The position numbers were made by a program, and so were the translations under genes. 64,000 nucleotides of DNA from Cyanophora paradoxa CCMP329 (taxonomy: Eukaryota; Plantae; Glaucophyta), in NCBI GenBank assembly GCA_004431415.1, contig QPMI01000416.1:744001-808000 (forward strand), written 5' to 3'. Positions 58,001-64,000 of the stretch are shown here, piece by piece. The notes beneath the pieces are model-generated. The model did not search any database and had not been told where the DNA came from. It saw only the letters and a list, made by a program, of their open reading frames with translations. Every line of letters begins with the position of its first letter. Positions within the stretch are counted from its first letter, which is position 1.

Positions 58001-60862
58001 TCGGAGCTGGAGGCGGCGCGGGCCGAGGCGGCGGCGCAGCGGGCGTCGCTGGAGGCGTCGGCAGCCGCTTCAGCGGAAGAGGCCGATGCCCGGGCAGCGG
58101 CCGCTGTAGCAAAGGCGACGGCGGAGGCGGCGGAGCTGCGGGAGGCGTCGGCGGCGGCGGTTTCGCGGGCCGAGGCGCTGGCGTCGGAGCTGGAGGCGGC
58201 GCGGGCCGAGGCGGCGGCGCAGCGGGCGTCGCTGGAGGCGTCGGCAGCCGCTTCAGCGGAAGAGGCCGAGGCCCGGGCAGCGGCCGCTGTAGCCAAGGCG
58301 ACGGCGGAGGCGGCGGAGCTGCGGGAGGCGTCGGCGGCGGCGGTTTCGCGGGCCGAGGCGCTGGCGTTGGAGCTGGAGGCGGCGCGGGCCGAGGCGGCGG
58401 CGCAGCGGGCGTCGCTGGAGGCGTCGGCAGCCGCTTCCGCTGAGCAAGCGGAAGAGGCCGATGCCCGGGCAGCGGCCGCTGTAGCCAAGGCGACGGCGGA
58501 GGCGGCGGAGCTGCGGGAGGCGTCGGCGGCGGCGGTTTCGCGGGCCGAGGCGCTGGCGTCGGAGCTGGAGGCGGCGCGGGCCGAGGCGGCGGCGCAGCGG
58601 GCGTCGCTGGAGGCGTCGGCAGCCGCTTCCGCTGAGCAAGCGGAAGAGGCCGATGCCCGGGCAGCGGCCGCTGTAGCCAAGGCGGCCGCGGAGGCGGCGG
58701 AGCTGCGGGAGGCGTCGGCGGCGGCGGTTTCGCGGGCCGAGGCGCTGGCGTCGGAGCTGGAGGCGGCGCGGGCCGAGGCGGCGGCGCAGCGGGCGTCGCT
58801 GGAGGCGTCGGCAGCCGCTTCAGCGGAAGAGGCCGAAGCCCGGGCTGCGGCCGCTGTAGCCAAGGCGACGGCGGAGGCGGCGGAGCTGCGGGAGGCGTCG
58901 GCGGCGGCGGTTTCGCGGGCCGAGGCGCTGGCGTCGGAGCTGGAGGCGGCGCGGGCCGAGGCGGCGGCGCAGCGGGCGTCGCTGGAGGCGTCGGCGGCCG
59001 CTTCAGCGGAAGAGGCCGAGGCGCGGGCAGCGGCCGCTGTAGCCAAGGCGGCCGCGGAGGCGGCGGAGCTGCGGGAGGCGTCGGCGGCGGCGGTTTCGCG
59101 GGCCGAGGCGCTGGCGTCGGAGCTGGAGGCGGCGCGGGCCGAGGCGGCGGCGCAGCGGGCGGCGCTGGAGGCGTCGGCAGCCGCTTCCGCTGAGCAAGCG
59201 GAAGAGGCCGATGCCCGGGCAGCGGCCGCTGTAGCCAAGGCGACGGTGGAGGCGGCGGAGCTGCGGGAGGCGTCGGCGGCGGCGGTTTCGCGGGCCGAGG
59301 CGCTGGCGTCGGAGCTGGAGGCGGCGCGGGCCGAGGCGGCGGCGCAGCGGGCGTCGCTGGAGGCGTCGGCAGCCGCCTCCGCTGAGCAAGCGGAAGAGGC
59401 CGAGGCCCGGGCAGCGGCCGCTGTAGCCAAGGCGACGGCGGAGGCGGCGGAGCTGCGGGAGGCGTCGGCGGCGGCGGTTTCGCGGGCCGAGGCGCTGGCG
59501 TCGGAGCTGGAGGCGGCGCGGGTCGAGGCGGCGGCGCAGCGGGCGTCGCTGGAGGCGTCGGCAGCCGCTTCAGCGGAAGAGGCCGAGGCGCGGGCAGCGG
59601 CCGCTGTAGCCAAGGCGGCCGCGGAGGCGGCGGAGCTGCGGGAGGCGTCGGCGGCGGCGGTTTCGCGGGCCGAGGCGCTGGCGTCGGAGCTGGAGGCGGC
59701 GCGGGCCGAGGCGGCGGCGCAGCGTCCCGCGATGCGGACGGAAGCAACGCAGACGGAGCTCGATGACGCTCGGCGATTGCAAGCGTCTGACGAGGGACGT
59801 CTGCTTGCGGTCCTTCGACTTGAGATCGCGAGCCTCAGGGCCGATCTCGCGACGCTTTGGGGGCCGCCCCGCGAGGCGGCCGGTGCGGGGTGCGAGTGCG
59901 GGTGCGGGGCAGTGCGGGGCGCGGCGGACGGCGTGCTCCGCTCGCTCGCCCTCCTCGAGTCCCGCCTCTCGAGCCTCGCCCCCGTGGCCGAGGTCGACGC
60001 GGCGCCGTGTTCCGCCGGCGCAGGCCGCGAGGCGGCGCGCCGGCGTGGGAAGCGTCGAGGGCATGCGCGGGACACCGCCCCGCCGCCCCCGCCGGATTTG
60101 GAGATCGCCGCCGAGTTCGTCGTCGACCACCCTGAGACGGAAGTCGGCCCAGCGTGCATCGCACACCGGCCGGCGGCGGCGGAAGCGGAGCTGGCGGCGG
60201 CCACGGCGCCCGCCGGCAGCCCGCTGCCGAGCCGGCGCGAGGCGTTCGCGGGAGCAGAACTGACAGGCTCGGTGGAGTCTCAGCACGAGTCGGCCCACTC
60301 GACGGAGCCGGCCGCGGAGTGTGTGCACGCAGAGGCTGCGCATGCGGCGACTGCGGAGGCGGGGGTCGCCCGGCCGGTCGCCGGCGCGCTGGAGATGCTG
60401 GAGGCCGAGGGGCCGCGCGGCCCCCGAGTCGCCGGCCTCCTCGTCGCGGCCGGCGGACCGCAAGAGGCGGAGGCGGCGGGAGAGCTCGAGGGCAAATTCG
60501 AGCCGGTCTCAGAGGAGGAAGGGTGGCCCCTCGGCGTGGACGGGGCGGACAAGATGGCGGAGGCAGCGGCTGGGGAGGAGGGCGCGCGGCGCTTCGCGGC
60601 GGGGGTTCTGGGGCGGGCGGCGGCGCCGCGCTTCCCCGCGGGGGCGGGCGGCCGGCTCGCCCTCTTCGACTCCTGGTGGCTCACCGACCTTGAGTTCCGG
60701 CCCCGCTCGCGGCCCCCGCGGGGGCCGGCCCCCGAGGCGGACCCGTGGTGGATGGCGGAGGGCCCCTTCCGCCCCGCGGCGGCGGCAGGCGGGGCGGGGG
60801 GGCGGGGCGAGGGCCTCGCCGGCCTCCGCTCCCTCCTCGCCTGGTCCGCCCTCGCCCTCTAG
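52056..60862 (+). CDS. Giant Ala/Glu-rich tandem-repeat alpha-helical (coiled-coil-like) protein; 5' exons uncertain
   Basis: A long final exon runs from ~52919 and is open to the stop at 60862. It carries 61/64-aa repeats (ASAAAVSRAEALASELEAARAEAAAQRASLEASAAASAE(QAE)EAEARAAAAVAKAAAEAAELRE), with variation mainly at synonymous positions. Confidence 0.8.
53680..59725 (+). repeat. Coding minisatellite, 183/192-bp units, about 32-33 copies
   Basis: Near-identical units that differ by a 9-bp indel (QAE) and a few SNPs. Confidence 0.95.
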
Positions 60863-60997
60863 CCGCCCACGCAGCGGGCGGCAGCCCGAGGGGCCTTGCA
60901 ACTAGCGCACTAGCACTGTATTTGTAATTAGCGCACTGTACCTATTAATTAGCGCACTGATACTGTAAACTACTTGAGACGCTTCTAGCATGCAAGC

Positions 60998-62999
60998 TCA
61001 GCTGCTTGCGGGGGGCGGGGCGGGGGGGGCGGCGGAGCCAGCGGGTTGCGGGGCCTGTGCCTCGCGGTGGAGGGGGACGGCGCGGCGGAGGAGCGCCTGC
61101 AGCTGGGGGGAGGAGGCGTAGCGGTCCACCTGCCCGCCGCGTCGGCAGGGGGTACAGGCGCTGCAGGGGGGGGGGAGGAGGCACCTCGCGGGCGCGGAGG
61201 ACCGGGATGGGGTGTGTGGTGACGGAGGTCTGGGCGTCCTGGGGTGCGGGTGAGGGCGGGGGCGAGGGGCGGGGCGCGGGGGCGGGCCTTGAGAAAGTCG
61301 CCCATGCGGCCGGGGAGCGCGCTCTCGTAGGCCCGCGCCTGCGCAAGGAAGGCCTCCACGCTGCGCAGGGCGTGAGAGGGGGCGGGGGGTGCGGGGGGCG
61401 CGAAGGCGGGGGCGGGGCGGGCCTGAGGTGGGGGGCGAGGGACGGGGAGCCGCCGGTGAGCTTCATGAGGGCGGAGATGACGCGCCGCGCGTCCCCGCCG
61501 GCCACCAGCAGCGCCGCCCGGTCGCACGTCAGCTCCGCGCACCGCGCCCACCGCAGCAGCATCCGCTCCTGCCCCGCCCCGTCAGCCGCCGGCGGCGAGG
61601 GCGGCGGGGGCGCCGGCCAGGGTGAACCATGGGCGCGGCGAGCCAGCGGGACCTTCGAGGGAGGGGGTGAGAGGGGGGCCCAGGCGGGCGGGGGCGCGGG
61701 GGCGGGGACCAGAAGGGGGCGGAGACGGCGGCGACGACGATGTTGGCGGCGGTGAGGTAGACGCCGTGGTCGCACTTGAGGTGCCCTGCGCCCCCGGCCC
61801 CGCCTCGCCGGGCGCGCGGGGCGCGGAAGGGGAAGGGGAGCGGGGCGGGGCACCGAGCTCGTGGGCGATGACGGCCTGGAGCTCCTCCTCCGTGAGCAGC
61901 TCCACCTGCGCCGCCCCCCGCCCCGCCTCGGAGCCCGCAGCGCCGGCGCGCGCGGGGCCCGCACGAGCGACGTCGTCACGACGATGAACGGCTTCCGCCC
62001 CGAGATCGCCAGCGTGTACGCGTTCGGCTCCGCCGCCTGCCGCACGTACAGCTGCCTGCCCCCGCCGCCGCCTCGGAGGCCGCGGCGGAGGCGGGGGCGA
62101 GGCGGGGCGGGGCGGCGGGGCGCACGGGGGCGGCATGTCCAGGATGGTGCACGCCTCGATCAGCAGCCTGCGCCGGCCGCCGCGGGGCGCGCGTTGGGCG
62201 CGGCGGGTGGGGAGCGGGGGGAAAGCGGGGCCGACCTGTGCAGGTTGGGGAGCTGCTGCTCGCTGACGAGCAGCCCTGAGCCGATGTTGTCTACCCCCCG
62301 CCGCATCGGTCAGCTGCAGGCGGCCCCGGCGGCCGGCGGGCGGGCACACCCAGGTACATGATCTGAGAGGTCATGTTGCCCAGCACGTCCCTCACGAACT
62401 GCGGCGACGCGTCGGCGCTCAACGAAGGGATCGGAACGGCAGGCAGCGGCCGCGGCCGGACTCGGTCGTTCAGCGCCCGCGTACACGTATGTTTGCTCAA
62501 TTCGCATCTATATGCTCTCCTTCGTCTATACTCGAGCCGGGGAACGACGCGGCGCAGGCGGTGCCGTGCATGCGCGGCGCGTGCCGCATGATGGGACGAG
62601 AGCCCGAGCGCTGTTTCGTGGAGGGCGGGAAGCTCGCACCTCTTTGATGCCCGGGAGCGCTTCTAGCACACGGGTGGCTTCCAGATCGAGCGGGTGCCGG
62701 ATCTCTTCGGCGCGAAGCCTTTCCCAGCGCAGGCGGGGGGGCTTGTGCTGTTGAGGCTTGCTGGAGGCCGGCACGGGCTGGATGGGCGGCGACGTCGACT
62801 CCGAGCTCTCGCAGCTGACATAAAAGCGGACAGGGCGGACAGGCCGAGGGGACAGACTGGACGGCGCGAACCGAGCCGACGGGCACGGCGCGCCCCGAGC
62901 CCGAGCTTTTTGCGGACATATCGACGTCGGCTGCGCGAGTACATATGCTCGCGCCGAGAGGGCCGCCGGGGGCGCGCTGCAGAACGCTGGCGGTGCCAT
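60998..62999 (-). CDS. Plastid-targeted M48 zinc metallopeptidase (cyanobacterial HtpX/Ste24-like)
   Basis: MAPPAF presequence, then IRHPLDLEAT, QLPNLHRLLIEACTILD, PNAYTLAISGRKPFIVV, ELQAVIAHELGHLKCDH (HEXXH), WARCAELTCDRAALLV and THPIPVLRARE. Confidence 0.92.
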
Positions 63000-63262
63000 T
63001 AATCTCTCTTCTGGATTCGAACCGGTGTCCGAAGGGACCAAGCAGAACTTCGAACAGCAGCAGCAGCCCCGGAACATCTGCGAAACGCGTACTGAAGCGG
63101 CTCCGGAGCTTCGCGTCGCAGCTGCCCGCTTGGCGCTCAACCCGCTGTCCGCTCGGCGCCCCGCTAGGACAGCCGCTCTCGCGGCGATGCAGAGTGGCCG
63201 GTAGCGCTTGGGAGGGCAGCAGTTGCCCTTTTTAGCCGCGGAACGCTCTGCTAGGCCGCACG

Positions 63263-64000
63263 ATGGAGTTCAAGATTGTGTCGACGGGGCTTGTCATGCT
63301 GGCGGCGGCAGTGTTCATAACCATCCCATACGCTCTCCCAGCGTGGAGTGTCTTCCAGCAGCGCGTGCAGGTCAATCGGGACTAGCCGCGCAGGACGCTT
63401 AGCTATAGATCGCTCGGGGGTGGCAAGCTTCGGTGCTCCATTCAACGTAGAAGCGGGGCGGCTGACGCGCTGCGGGACAGGTGAACGTGGCGTTCTACGT
63501 GGGGGACCCGGGCGCGCCGCCCGGGAGCATCGCGTGCGGGGACACGTACTTCGGGAAGGCGCGCGCCCCCGCCGCCCCCGCCGCCCTGCCCGGCGCGGGC
63601 CGAGGCGGGGCGGGGGCGGCGCAGGCGTGCGTGAACGGGACGCTGGAGGTGCTGGGGACGGTGGCCTTCGAGTACGCCCCGCGGGGCTTCTCGGCGCTCC
63701 TCCGCGGCGACTCGACCCGCCTCCGCACCTTCGACGCCGCCGGCGCCCCCCGCAACGAGACCCGAGCCAAAGTCGAGATCTCGGCGGGGTCCGCGCGCCC
63801 CCGACGCGCCTTTCCGGCGGGCGGCGGCCGGCCTGACGGCGGGGGCAGGGACTGGAACTACTACAGCGTGTGCCGGGAGTACCCTGCGCAGCACGCGCCG
63901 GCGGGGATGCGGGTGGAGCTGGAGAGGCTGGTGTGCCGGGCCTGGTTCGACGTCGGCCTCACCGTCCAGCTCTTCCTCGGCGTCTCCCTCGCCCTCCTCT
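63263..64000 (+). CDS. Membrane protein, 5' part (TM1 - Cys-containing loop - TM2; claudin/tetraspan-like layout), runs off the window
   Basis: Spliced MEFKIVSTGLVMLAAAVFITIPYALPAWSVFQQRVQ-VNVAFYV...C...C...DWNYYSVC...LVCRAWFDVGLTVQLFLGVSLALL. It is absent from the ORF track because of introns. Confidence 0.65.

Noticed and set aside
53122-60204. 2360-aa and 1283-aa antisense ORFs over the repeat array
   Set aside because: These are shadow frames of a GC-rich tandem repeat. Synonymous-type variation and unique flanking sequence support the + strand frame.
60901-60960. Short direct repeat taattagcgcactg at convergent gene ends
   Set aside because: It is too short and local to assign a function and is probably a simple duplication.

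Overview
Eukaryotic nuclear DNA: very GC-rich, gene-dense, with many short (~50-100 nt) spliceosomal introns, so the ORF track is mostly fragments and shadow frames. Plastid presequences with an N-proximal Phe (MASF-, MAAF-, MAPPAF-) and a cyanobacterial-type two-domain IspG suggest a glaucophyte, Cyanophora-like alga (inference). I reconstructed about 23 protein genes by hand. They include SmE, six F-box proteins, ClpP, an IQ-motif AGC kinase, three glycosyltransferases (GT54-like, GT77, GnT-I), BIN4, IspG, a response regulator, an Asteroid/XPG-family nuclease, a GIY-YIG-like protein, a MoCF/CinA-domain protein, a giant tandem-repeat helical protein and an M48 peptidase. Most lie in tight head-to-head pairs. 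The most unusual signals are five. (1) Non-coding spacers are saturated with chains of overlapping short palindromes of every base composition, with dyads often every 3 bp. This looks like the product of an iterative fold-back mutational or repair process that appears to be overwriting old coding/TE sequence. (2) Two identical 26-nt + poly(A) insertions each carry their own target-site duplication, suggesting an ultra-short retroposon. (3) A tRNA-headed SINE-like element is present. (4) A spliced 55-aa membrane ORF ends 2 nt before the ATG of an F-box gene, a candidate dicistronic locus. (5) GC-AG introns are very frequent. Gene boundaries are manual and some starts are uncertain.
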